This document shows, in pieces, positions 37,269 to 49,245 of a stretch of DNA of 64,000 nt (position 1 is the stretch's first letter; each line of letters begins with the position of its first letter). The DNA is taken from assembly GCA_963850905.1 (NCBI GenBank), contig CAWKMU010000003.1, positions 3,392,001-3,456,000 on the forward strand, read 5' to 3'. Source of the stretch: an uncultured Gemmatimonadales bacterium. Lineage in GTDB: Bacteria > Gemmatimonadota > Gemmatimonadetes > Gemmatimonadales > Gemmatimonadaceae. The translations under genes were made by a program, and so were the position numbers. The notes beneath the pieces were generated by a model. It worked only from the letters and a program-made list of their open reading frames with translations, made no database searches and had not been told where the DNA came from.

Positions 37269-37375
37269 CGGTAGACCCCAACGAAAGACGCTTAGGCGAA
37301 ACAGAACCGTCATGCGGCGGGCCCGCCTCGGCCGCGCGCTCCGTGGGTCGAAGCTACGGCGTTACTTATTACGCG

Positions 37376-38539
37376 TCAAGAGCTTGGCTCGCTGACCCCA
37401 GCCGCAGCGCCAGCTACTGCCGGGTTCGCCGGCTCCCCCCGTACAGACGCCATGAACGCGTCGAATAGCGGCCGGGCATCGTGGGGCCCTGGGGCAGCCT
37501 CAGGGTGGTACTGCACCGCAAAGATGGGCAGCTCCCGGTGGCGCAGCCCCTCGATCGTGTGGTCGTTGAGATTGACGTGGGTCACTTCCAGGGCGGGCGC
37601 GCCAGCCACTCCCTCACGCGAGCCGCTCACGGCGAATCCGTGGTTCTGTGAAGTGATCGTCACGAGGGCCTTCTCGATCTCGAGAACCGGATGATTTCCG
37701 CCCCGGTGCCCATAGGGCATCTTCTCGGTCTGGCCCCCAAATGTGAGCGCGAGAAGCTGATGCCCGAGGCAGATGCCGAAAATCGGCACGCCGCGGTCCG
37801 CGATCGCTCGGATGATTGGCGGCGCGTACGTCACCGCCGCCGGGTCACCAGGCCCATTCGAGAGAAACACGCCGTCCGGTTCCGAGCTCCAATGCTGCTT
37901 CCGCTGGCATCGTGGCCGGCACGACCGTGACCCGACAGCCCCGCTCGTCGAACAACCGAAGGATGTTGCGCTTGATCCCGTAGTCGTACGCGACGATGTG
38001 GTTGCGGCGCCTTGGGGTTGCCAAATGCGTACGGCTCACGCGTCGAAACCTGCGTCGCGAGGTCCAGCCCGTCCATCGATGGGCATGCCGGCAAGCACCT
38101 CGCGCGCCTCGGCCGTCGCGTCGACGCCGGGCGCGATGACGCCGCGCATCACGCCCAACCTCAGAAGCCGCGTGAGCTTCCTGGTATCAACCTCGGCCAG
38201 GATGGGCACTTGGGCATCGGCAAGCCAACGGTCGAGCGAGCCGATCGCGCGCCAATTCGAATACGCGCGTGACAGCTCGCGCACGACGATGCCGGCCGCT
38301 TGCGGTTTGCTCGACTCCGGATCCTCGTCGTTGATCCCATAGTTCCCGATTTGTGGAGCCGTCAGCACCACGATCTGCCCGCAGTACGATGGGTCCGTGA
38401 AGACTTCCTGGTATCCGGTCATGTTCGTCGTGAACACGACTTCGGCGCAGGTCGCTCGCGTGTTGGGACCGAGTCGGCCGCGAAAAAGGGTTCCATCCTC
38501 GAGGAGGAGGAACCCTGGCTGAAACGTGGGAGGCGTCAT
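37376..38539 (-). CDS. carA: Carbamoyl-phosphate synthase small subunit; frameshifts around 37870-38060
   Basis: [47 protein letters not shown]. Confidence 0.93.
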
Positions 38540-38608
38540 CAGGCGATCAGGTCAGGAGCTCTGTGTCAACAGACCCTGCGCGGTGCACCCTCATCCGATA
38601 CCCCGCCG

Positions 38609-39103
38609 TCATTTCTTTGAGTTCGGGGCTGGCGTTGTAGTTGTCGGCGCCGGCGATGCCGGTGCGGGCGCTTGGGTCGCTGGTGCCTTCGGAGTGGCCG
38701 GAGCTGATCCCTTACCAGCCGGCGCGGCCCCCTGCTGGGTACCCGGGACCGCTTGGTTCTGCCCCGGGAGGAATGGCAGGGCCGGGGCCGACGACGCTGG
38801 CGCGGGCGCAGGTGCGGCCGGCTGGGGCGTGAGCCCCTGCTCCAGCACCGACTTGGGCGCGCGCCCACGCGCGGCTCCGATCTGGAGAAGGAACGCGAGC
38901 GCGATAAAGATGCCGCCAGTCCACCACGTGATCTGGGTGAGCCAGTTGCCCGCCTGACGGGTCCCGATGAAGGCGTCCGGGGAGGAGCTCACACCACCAA
39001 AGCTCGCGGCCATTCCCGTCCCTTTGCCCGCCTGCAACAGAATGGCGGCCACAAGGACGAAGCTATCAAGGATGAGTAGAACCAGCAGCAGCGTCGTGAA
39101 CAT
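38609..39103 (-). CDS. secG: Preprotein translocase subunit SecG with a Pro/Ala-rich tail
   Basis: Two TM segments, ILLQAGKGTGMAASFGG; downstream of tpiA. Confidence 0.9.
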   Translation of the reverse strand: MFTTLLLVLLILDSFVLVAAILLQAGKGTGMAASFGGVSSSPDAFIGTRQAGNWLTQITWWTGGIFIALAFLLQIGAARGRAPKSVLEQGLTPQPAAPAPAPASSAPALPFLPGQNQAVPGTQQGAAPAGKGSAPATPKAPATQAPAPASPAPTTTTPAPNSKK

Positions 39104-39158
39104 CAGGCTCGAGGCAAAGTTTCGTAGCTTCGAAATGTGTCGGCCCGGACGGCGCGGA

Positions 39159-39962
39159 TCAACCCTCGTTTACGTGAGCGCCCACCATGACGATCTCCGC
39201 CCACGATGCCGGGTCCAGGCTGGACCCGCCGACGAGCAAGCCGTCCACCCCAGGGGCGGCGAGCAAAGCCGGCGCATTCGCCGGGGTGACGCTGCCCCCA
39301 TAGAGAATGGGGACCATCGACGCGCGCGGTGGCAGCAGTAGCCGCAGGGCGTTGGCCAAGACCGCGTGAGTCTCGGCCGCGTCAGCGGGCGTCGCGGTGC
39401 GACCGGTCCCAATCGCCCACACCGGCTCGTAGGCGATCAGGCTCCGAGCGACCTGCTCAGGCGACAGTCGGCCAAGACCCGCCGTGAGCTGACGCGTCAC
39501 CACAGTGCTGGTCAGTCCCGCCTCTCGTTCCGCGAGGAGCTCCCCGACACACAGCACGGGCGTCAGGCCCGCCGCCGTCACGGCCTCACACTTCCGCGCG
39601 GTGTCCGCATCAGACTCGTGGAACACGTGCCGTCGCTCGGAGTGGCCGACAAGCGCGAAGCGAGCTCCGGACGCACGCGCCATGGGCGCGGAGATCTCGC
39701 CGGTGAACGGACCCTTCGGCTCCCAGTAGACGTTCTGTACGCCGAACTGGATGTCCGGTCGCGCCGCCGCGGCGTCTCGCGCCGCCGCCAGGGACAGCGC
39801 AGGTGGAAACAGAATGACGGTGCGATCCGATAAGACCGGCACCCGAGCGATATAGGCCGTCACAAACCGGCGCGCGTCTTCCGGCGCGAGATTCATCTTC
39901 CAGTTGGCCGCCAACACGGGCCGTGCAAACTGGGCGGCGGGCGCGTCGGTGCTGGCGCTCAT
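39159..39962 (-). CDS. tpiA: Triosephosphate isomerase
   Basis: ANWKMN, GHSERR, AYEPVWAIGTG, LYGGSV. Confidence 0.97.
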   Translation of the reverse strand: MSASTDAPAAQFARPVLAANWKMNLAPEDARRFVTAYIARVPVLSDRTVILFPPALSLAAARDAAAARPDIQFGVQNVYWEPKGPFTGEISAPMARASGARFALVGHSERRHVFHESDADTARKCEAVTAAGLTPVLCVGELLAEREAGLTSTVVTRQLTAGLGRLSPEQVARSLIAYEPVWAIGTGRTATPADAAETHAVLANALRLLLPPRASMVPILYGGSVTPANAPALLAAPGVDGLLVGGSSLDPASWAEIVMVGAHVNEG

Positions 39963-40004
39963 GCTCCAGCCGCTCGGCGCGCGATCGTGTCCGGCCCGTG
40001 GACC

Positions 40005-41207
40005 TCAGCGCGCATCGTCGAGCGCGTCGACGCCTGGCAACGCTCTCCCTTCGAGGAACTCGAGCGATGCGCCCCCGCCAGTCGACACATGGCTCATCTG
40101 CGCCTCGAGGCCAGCCTGTGCTACTGCGGCTGCGGAATCCCCGCCTCCGACGATCGTCGTCGTTCCACGAGTCGTCGCCGCCGCCATGGCCCGCGCGATG
40201 GCGAGCGTGCCTGCGTCGAACGGCGGCGTCTCGAACACGCCCATTGGCCCGTTCCAGATCACCGTCTTGGCGATCGAGATCGCGCGGCCAAACGACTCCG
40301 CGCTACGTGGGCCGATGTCGTACATCGCTTCCGTTGGAGGAATCCCGTCACGCGGCACCGCGTGCGCGAGCGCCCCTTGGTCGAGAGCCGGCGCCACCAC
40401 GGCGTCGTGCGGAAGCGTGAGCCGCGCTCCAGCGCTTGCGAGCAGGTCTTTCGCCATGTCGATCCGGTCGGCCTCGACCAGCGATTTCCCCACCGCCAGC
40501 CCCATCGCCCGGAAGAACGTGCATGCCATCGCGCCTCCGATCAGCATGCCATCGACTCGAGGCAGCAGTTGCGCGATGACGTCGATCTTCCCGGAGATTT
40601 TGACACCACCCAGAATCGCGATGAACGGGCGCTTTGGCTCCGATAACGCTTGCCCCAGATACTCCAGCTCCTTCGCCATCAGTAGTCCGGCGACCGCCGG
40701 GCGCAGCACCGCGGCGACGCCGACCGTCGAAGCGTGCGCGCGATGCGCGGCACCGAATGCATCATTGACGTAGAGGTCGCCCAGCTTGCCGAAGTCGCGC
40801 GCCAGGCGCTCATCGTTGCTCTCTTCCCCGGGCAGGAATCGCGTGTTCTCGAGGAGCAGCACCTCCCCGGCCCCAAGCGCGCGGGTCGCCTGCACCGCCT
40901 CGTCGGTGTCCGTGGATTTGACGAACCGCACCGCGGCCCCCAACAGGTCGCTCAGTCTCGCCGCCACCGGATCGAGCGAATACTTCGGGTCCGGCTTGGC
41001 CTTGGGGCGGCCGAGGTGGGAAACGAGCACCACGCGAGCGCCAAGCGCCTGCAGGAGCCGGATCGTCGGCAGCGCCGCCCGGATTCGCGTGTCGTCCGTG
41101 ATGCGGCGGTCAGCGTCGAGCGGCACGTTGAAATCGACGCGAATGAGCACGCGCTTCCCGCGGACTTCGCCGTCCGCGAGGTCCCGCACCGTTCGTTTGC
41201 GCGCCAA
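40005..41207 (-). CDS. pgk: Phosphoglycerate kinase (TTG start assumed)
   Basis: RVDFNVP, SHLGRP, DAFGAAHRAH, WNGPMG, STGGGASLE. Confidence 0.96.
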   Translation of the reverse strand: MARKRTVRDLADGEVRGKRVLIRVDFNVPLDADRRITDDTRIRAALPTIRLLQALGARVVLVSHLGRPKAKPDPKYSLDPVAARLSDLLGAAVRFVKSTDTDEAVQATRALGAGEVLLLENTRFLPGEESNDERLARDFGKLGDLYVNDAFGAAHRAHASTVGVAAVLRPAVAGLLMAKELEYLGQALSEPKRPFIAILGGVKISGKIDVIAQLLPRVDGMLIGGAMACTFFRAMGLAVGKSLVEADRIDMAKDLLASAGARLTLPHDAVVAPALDQGALAHAVPRDGIPPTEAMYDIGPRSAESFGRAISIAKTVIWNGPMGVFETPPFDAGTLAIARAMAAATTRGTTTIVGGGDSAAAVAQAGLEAQMSHVSTGGGASLEFLEGRALPGVDALDDAR

Positions 41208-41208
41208 C

Positions 41209-41540
41209 TTACGCAGCCCCGCCGGTACGTCTCCTCGCCCCCCGCGTTCGGCGCTCGTGCATGATGTACGACACCACGCCGAGGATGACGCCGACGAGGA
41301 TGGCCGCGTACCCTGCGAGCTCCATGTAGTAGTTGTGCAACCACACCGCGAACGCCGACTGCCCCGGGGGCACGACGATCGCATGCGACACGAGCCGGGT
41401 ATTCACGCGGTACGCCACGACCACGAGCACGATGCCGACCAGGATCAGGGTCAGTGCGATCGCGTCGCGCACTCGATCGGCGCGTGTCGTTCCATCGCTC
41501 GGTGGCGCGACGGGTGCGACCGCGCCGCGCACAGGTTGCG

Positions 41541-41544
<4 letters not shown>
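41209..41544 (-). CDS. Small two-TM membrane protein of unknown function (111 aa)
   Basis: ATGA overlap with the gap stop; its stop is 1 nt before the pgk start; two clear hydrophobic segments. Confidence 0.75.
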
Positions 41545-42554
<1,010 letters not shown>

Positions 42555-42607
42555 GGGGCGTAGTCTCACGAGGTCGGTGACCAGTGTCAACGGGCGCCGC
42601 GCACCCG

Positions 42608-42691
42608 TAGAGAGGAGAAAGGGGAAAGGAGAGAGGAGGCAACGACCTACGCGCCTCGTCTACTTTCTACTTTCTGCCCTTCTACTCTCTA
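42608..42691. repeat. Purine-rich heptamer tract and complementary pyrimidine heptamer tract forming an imperfect hairpin
   Basis: tagagaggagaaaggggaaaggagagaggag followed by ctactttctactttctgcccttctactctcta, between aroE and gap. Confidence 0.65.
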
Positions 42692-43497
42692 GCGCGAAGC
42701 GCTGCCCACATGGCGCGCCGGTCCGCGGGTCGGTCGAACCACCGCTCGAACGCCAACGCGCCCTGTTCCACCAGCATCGCCAGGCCATCGCATGCCCGAT
42801 GGCCATGCGCTCGCGCCGCTCGGACCCACGGCGTCTCACCGGGCCGGTACACGAGGTCGAGCGCGTCGGCGCCTTGCGGCAGTAGCGCGGGATCAAAGGG
42901 GACGTCGTCGCGGCGCATGCCGATCGTCGTCGCGTGAACTACGAGCGCCGCACCCGCCAAAGCGTCAGGAATCGTCGGGACGGCGACCGCGACTGCTGGA
43001 AACCGCGCCACGAGTGCCTCGAGACGCGCCAGTGTGCGGTTCCAGACCCGCGCCTCACACCCCGGCCACTCGGCGATCGCCGTCAGCACTGCCGCGGCGG
43101 CACCGCCAGCTCCGATCACGGCAATTCGGGTCTCCGATGGCACGCGCCCAGAAAGCCCGCGGACGGCGTTGTGGAACCCCGCAACATCGGTGTTGTCACC
43201 GACGAGCGTGCCATCCTCGACCCAGAAGGTGTTGACGGCGCCGGCACGCTGCGCGACCGCAGTGACACGCCCACAGCATCGCGCCGCCGCTTCCTTATGC
43301 GGGACGGTGATATTCCCCGCCGCGCGCTCTCGCAGGAGGCCAGCCAGCGTTGCCTCGAGATCCACAGGCAGCACATCCAGACTTTCGTAGGTCAGCGGAA
43401 CGCCTGCCACGCGTAGTGCCGCATTCTGCATCGCCGGCGACAGCGAATGAGCGACCGGATGCCCAATGAGCACGAGCCGTTTCGGCATCTTCCTCAT
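42682..43497 (-). CDS. aroE: Shikimate dehydrogenase
   Basis: GHPVAHSLSP, NITVPHK, AVNT, NTD, GAGGAA, MLVEQG. Confidence 0.94.
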   Translation of the reverse strand: MRKMPKRLVLIGHPVAHSLSPAMQNAALRVAGVPLTYESLDVLPVDLEATLAGLLRERAAGNITVPHKEAAARCCGRVTAVAQRAGAVNTFWVEDGTLVGDNTDVAGFHNAVRGLSGRVPSETRIAVIGAGGAAAAVLTAIAEWPGCEARVWNRTLARLEALVARFPAVAVAVPTIPDALAGAALVVHATTIGMRRDDVPFDPALLPQGADALDLVYRPGETPWVRAARAHGHRACDGLAMLVEQGALAFERWFDRPADRRAMWAALRARE

Positions 43498-43519
43498 TCC
43501 GCACGCTCGTGGCTCAGTA

Positions 43520-43598
43520 TCTCCTCTCTCCTTTCTCCTTTCCCCTTACTACGCGCGCAGCGCGTCCCCTCTCACCTTTCTACGCGCGCAGCGCGTCC
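43520..43598. repeat. Pyrimidine heptamer tract plus a 19-bp direct repeat (CTACGCGCGCAGCGCGTCC x2)
   Basis: tctcctc tctcctt tctcctt tcccctt; repeat copies at 43549-43567 and 43580-43598. Confidence 0.7.
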
Positions 43599-43601
43599 GC
43601 G

Positions 43602-44066
43602 TCAGCTGGCGGTGCGCTCGGTGACCAATCGATCGAGGACGCGCCGGATCTCGGTCTCGAGCTCGTCGACCGTGGATCGGTACACGTCGAGGTCACCGCC
43701 AAAGGGGTCGGTCACCGCACGCGCGTCAGCCCCGCGCGAGGAGTACGCGGTAAGCAGATACGCCTTGCCGCTGCCCCCCAACGCTTCGACGCGCTCTAGG
43801 TGATGCGAACCCATCACCAGGATCAGATCGGCCGCGTCGACGTGTTCCGGCATCAGTTGCCGCGCGCGATGCGCCGTGAGATCGAGTTGTCGCTCGAGGC
43901 CCACCAGGACCGCACCATCAGACGCTGGCTGCCCCTCGGCCGCGCTGGTGCCAGCGCTCGCAATCTCGACGTCCGACAGTCCCCGCTCGTCAGCCACCTG
44001 ACGTGCGATCGCCGCCGCGATCGGGCTGCGACAGGTATTCCCCGTACACACGAAGAGCAAATGCAT
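43602..44066 (-). CDS. Low-molecular-weight protein phosphatase, YwlE-like (probable arginine phosphatase)
   Basis: P-loop VCTGNTCRS and DPFGG; downstream of tsaC. Confidence 0.85.
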   Translation of the reverse strand: MHLLFVCTGNTCRSPIAAAIARQVADERGLSDVEIASAGTSAAEGQPASDGAVLVGLERQLDLTAHRARQLMPEHVDAADLILVMGSHHLERVEALGGSGKAYLLTAYSSRGADARAVTDPFGGDLDVYRSTVDELETEIRRVLDRLVTERTAS

Positions 44067-44074
44067 CGACTGCC

Positions 44075-44743
44075 TTACGCGTCTCCAATCAAGTCCGGGA
44101 CAGTTTCCCGCAGGACGTCCGCCGAGATGGCGCCGGGCCGGATCACCCGGAGCCGCCGGCCCATGCAGTCGACGACGGTCGATGGCGCAGACGGCTCCAG
44201 TCGCCCCCCATCCAAAACGAGCAGAACGCCGCGCCGGATCGCGTCGCCCCACTGGGTTACAATCTCGGCGGCGGACATCGCGGGCGGTACCCCTGTCGGG
44301 TTGGCACTCGTCGACGTCAGCGGCGCACCGTGCATATACAGGAGACGCGTGAGTCCCGGGTGCGGCGTCCACCGCACCGCCACCCCACCCTCGGGGCCGC
44401 GCAGCCGGTCGCTGATCCGGCGTTCACCGCCAGGGAGCACCAACGTCAGCGGTCCGGGCCAGTGGCGTGCGGCCAATCGCGCACCCGCGCCGCCCAGGTG
44501 CAGTCCCAGGCGGGCTAGCATGTCGCTGCCCGCGATGAGCAGCAGCACCGGCTTTCCCGCCCCGCGCCCTTTGAGGTCCGCCAGCGCGTCGAGCGCCGCA
44601 CCATCCAGGGTCCCCCCGAACCCGTAGACCGTCTCTGTTGGGTAGGCCAGGACACCGCGCCGTTCAATGTGCGCAAGCGCGGCAGGGATGGCCGCTTCTA
44701 CTTCGGCACTTGACCAGAACGGCAGCGCGGGGTCTGGCAGCAC
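44075..44743 (-). CDS. tsaC: L-threonylcarbamoyladenylate synthase (YrdC/TsaC)
   Basis: YPTETVYG, KGR, WPGPLT, STSAN, PSTVVD. Confidence 0.92.
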   Translation of the reverse strand: MLPDPALPFWSSAEVEAAIPAALAHIERRGVLAYPTETVYGFGGTLDGAALDALADLKGRGAGKPVLLLIAGSDMLARLGLHLGGAGARLAARHWPGPLTLVLPGGERRISDRLRGPEGGVAVRWTPHPGLTRLLYMHGAPLTSTSANPTGVPPAMSAAEIVTQWGDAIRRGVLLVLDGGRLEPSAPSTVVDCMGRRLRVIRPGAISADVLRETVPDLIGDA

Positions 44744-44744
44744 C

Positions 44745-45430
44745 TCACTCCCTCTGCAGCGCGATCGCGTCCGCGCGCGAAAAATCGGCTTCGTCAGTGA
44801 TCTTCATCGCCCGCTCGCTCCCGGGAACGACGACGACCCGGATGCCGAGACGCTCGCACAGTCCGGCCTCATCGGTCGCGACCACGCGATCGCGGCGAGC
44901 TGCGTCGTGCGCCCGTTCCAGCATAGCCCGCGGAAATGCCTGTGGCGTCTGGGCCCGCCAGAGCCCCGTGCGGTCGACCGTGCGGAGTATCCGCCCCTCC
45001 GCATCAACTTCTTTCAGCGTGTCGACAAGCGGCAGAGCAGCAATCGCTCCTTGGCCGGCGCGCGCCGCCCGAATGACGGCGTCGATCGTCGCATCAGTGA
45101 CCAGCGGCCGCGCGGCGTCGTGCACGACGACGATCTCAACCTCGTTGGGCAGGTCCTCCAGGCCATTCGCGACCGATTCCTGGCGATCGCGTCCCCCGAT
45201 CGATAGCAGCAGCCGATCGAGGTCCGCCTGAAAAAGCCACGGTGGCGGGTCTCCCGCGGCCGTGCGCGGCAGGACACACACGACCATCGCAACGTCCGGC
45301 CGCGCCTGGAACCGTTGCACGCTGTGCAGCAGCATTGGCTTCCCGGCCACCCAACGGAACTGCTTTAGCTCGGTCGAGCCCGTTCGCGTCCCCGCGCCCG
45401 CGGCGACGATCACCACGCCCACGTCACCCG

Positions 45431-45434
<4 letters not shown>
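44745..45434 (-). CDS. ispD: 2-C-methyl-D-erythritol 4-phosphate cytidylyltransferase
   Basis: AAGAGTR, KQF, VHDAARP, AQTPQ, KIT. Confidence 0.94.
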
Positions 45435-46822
<1,388 letters not shown>

Positions 46823-46840
46823 GGGGCAAGATAAGGGGGC

Positions 46841-48269
46841 TTACCCCGTCGCCCGCGCCGTGTAGCTCTCGAAGCGCGTGTAGTGCTTGTGGAAGTACAG
46901 GTTGACGGTGCCGATCGGGCCATTGCGCTGCTTGCCCACGATGACCTCGGACCGACCCTCCAGCGAGTTCCCGTCCTTGTCCGTCGGCCCCTCATACACC
47001 TCGGGTCGGAAGAGGAACACGACCAAATCGGCATCCTGCTCGATCGCGCCCGACTCTCGCAGGTCGGAGAGCTGCGGCCGCTTCGACTCGCCCGTTCGCT
47101 GCTCGGGCGCTCGCGAGAGCTGCGACAGCGCGATCACCGGCACCGCCAGCTCTTTCGCCAGCGCCTTCAATGATCGCGAGATCTGGCTGATCTCCTGCTG
47201 CCGGTTTTCGGCCCTCGAGGGCCCCTGGATCAGCTGCAGATAGTCGACGATGACCATCCCCACTCCCGAGTCGACCTTGAGGCGCCGGGCACGCGAGCGC
47301 ATCTCCAACAGCGAGATCCCGGCGCTGTCATCGATGTAGATCGGCGCGGAGCTGAGGATCCCCGCAGCACGCGCTAGGCGCGGGAAATCGTCATCGCGCA
47401 GCAGACCCTTGCGCATGCGCTGCGCGTCAATGCGAGCCTCGCTCGTCAGCAATCGCTGCACGAGCGACTCCTTGCTCATCTCGAGCGAAAAGAACGCGAT
47501 CGGGATGTTGTGCTCGATGGCGGCGTGCTGCGCCAGGTTGAGACAGAACGATGTCTTCCCCATGGCCGGCCGCGCCGCAACGATGATCAGCTCCGACGGC
47601 TGAAAGCCCGACGTGATTTCGTCGAGGTCCGCAAAGCCGCTGGGCACGCCGGTGATGATCTTGCCGCCCTTCGAGAGCGCTTCGATCCGCTCCATCGTGG
47701 GCCAGAGCAGCTCTTTGATCCGCGTGAAGTCGACGGAGCCGCGCGCCTGACTGAGCTGGAGGATCTTGTGCTCGGCGGCGTCCAACATCTCGGCCGCTGT
47801 GGTTCGAGCCTCGAATGCCTCCGCGACGATCGCCGTCGACACCTCGATCAACCGACGCAGCATCGCCTTCTCACGCACGATCCGCGCGTGATACTCGACG
47901 TTGGCCGCGGTCGGCACTGCGTCGATCAGCGACGAGATGTATTCGCCGCCGCCGCTCGCGTCGAGCTCCCCGCGACGCGCCATCTCGTCCGTGAGCGTGA
48001 GCGGGTCGACCACCTCGCGCCGCTCGGTGAGCGCCATCATGGCGCGGAAGACGCGGCGGTGCGCCTCCCGGTAGAACATCGTATCGTCGACAATCTCGGA
48101 TGCGCGCATGATCGGCATCCGTGTCGATCATCATCGCACCGAGTACGGCCTGCTCGGCATCCTCCGAGTACGGCGGGCGGCGGTCGGCGTAGGGGTCGCG
48201 GTCCGACGGATGGCCGTCGTTCCGGTCAGACCCCGGTGCCATCGAGGATACGACGTGCGTACTGGACAT
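46841..48269 (-). CDS. dnaB: Replicative DNA helicase; frameshift near 48115, start 48242 or 48269
   Basis: PPYSEDAEQAVLGAM, AARPAMGKT, VDYLQL, SQLSR, DLRESGAIEQDAD, KQRNGP. Confidence 0.94.
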
Positions 48270-49245
48270 CTTCCCAAGTCGGACGTTTCCAGGCCGGATT
48301 CCGGAGGAGCGCGGCCGGGTGGTACGTGACGATGAGGGGCACACCGTAATACCGGTGGACCGCGCTGCGCAACTTCCCGATGGAATCCTTGGTCTGGAGC
48401 AGGGTCTGCGCTGCAAACGTGCCGAAGGCGATGATCACTTTGGGGCGAATCAGCTCGAGCTGCCGGACGAGGTATGGGCTGCACGCCACGACCTCGTCGG
48501 GCAGCGGGTTCCGATTGCCCGGCGGCCGGTGCTTCAGCACGTTGCAGATGAAGACATCCTCCCGCTGGAGCTGGATCGCGCCCAGGATCTTGTCCAGCAA
48601 CTTGCCCGCTTGGCCGACAAACGGCCGCCCCGTCGCGTCTTCCGTGGCGCCGGGGGCCTCACCAACGCAAACCAGCGAGGCGGCCGCCGATCCCTCCCCA
48701 GGGACCGGGTGCGTCGCCGTGCCGTACAATGGGCACTGCGTGCACGCGGCGATGACCGCGGCCAGCTCGTCAAGCGTCGAAACGCTGGAGAGGGGACCGC
48801 CAAAGAGCTCGCTGTGCGGCTGCCCGACGGCCAGTCCCGCGGGCCAGCGTGCCTCCGACGTCGAGCCCCGTGTGGTCGGTTCGACCGGAGTCGCGGGTCC
48901 GGTCTCCGGCGCCGCTGTCGACGTCACGGCAGGCGACGCGGGAGGTGCGCCGGGTGCGCGGCGCGGCGGCTCAGGCGGGACATCGATCGGCCCGGTCGCG
49001 CCAACGTCCCGACGTGTCGGCGTTCCCCGGGCGGCTGCCAGGACGGCCCGCCAGTCGCCCGCGTCGGCGTCCGGCGCGGCAGTGCCTGCGTGAGGCGTCG
49101 GCTCGCCGACGGATCGCGCAGCGCCGGTCCTGGCGCCGACAATGCGCAGGACCTCCTCGACCGTCATGTCATCGAGCAACAGGTCTCGCTCTCCTGCCTC
49201 GCGCCGCTGCTCCAGATAGCGGCGCAACTGCTCCTTACCGTCCAC
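48226..49245 (-). CDS. Uracil-DNA glycosylase family 4 with a low-complexity N-terminal region
   Basis: CTQC, GEAPG, GRPFVG, NVLKHRPPGNR, TYHPAALLR. Confidence 0.92.
   Translation of the reverse strand: MDGKEQLRRYLEQRREAGERDLLLDDMTVEEVLRIVGARTGAARSVGEPTPHAGTAAPDADAGDWRAVLAAARGTPTRRDVGATGPIDVPPEPPRRAPGAPPASPAVTSTAAPETGPATPVEPTTRGSTSEARWPAGLAVGQPHSELFGGPLSSVSTLDELAAVIAACTQCPLYGTATHPVPGEGSAAASLVCVGEAPGATEDATGRPFVGQAGKLLDKILGAIQLQREDVFICNVLKHRPPGNRNPLPDEVVACSPYLVRQLELIRPKVIIAFGTFAAQTLLQTKDSIGKLRSAVHRYYGVPLIVTYHPAALLRNPAWKRPTWEDVQYARRILDGTGV

Noticed and set aside
35174..38539. moaC and carB missing next to moaADE and carA
   Set aside because: Split locations are common, and absence from a 64-kb window is uninformative.
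38540..38608. tRNA-Leu often found after secG
   Set aside because: The gap is only about 69 nt and shows no cloverleaf or T-loop motif.
46841..48269. Intein in DnaB
   Set aside because: The length is normal, the motifs are contiguous and there are no splice-junction signatures.
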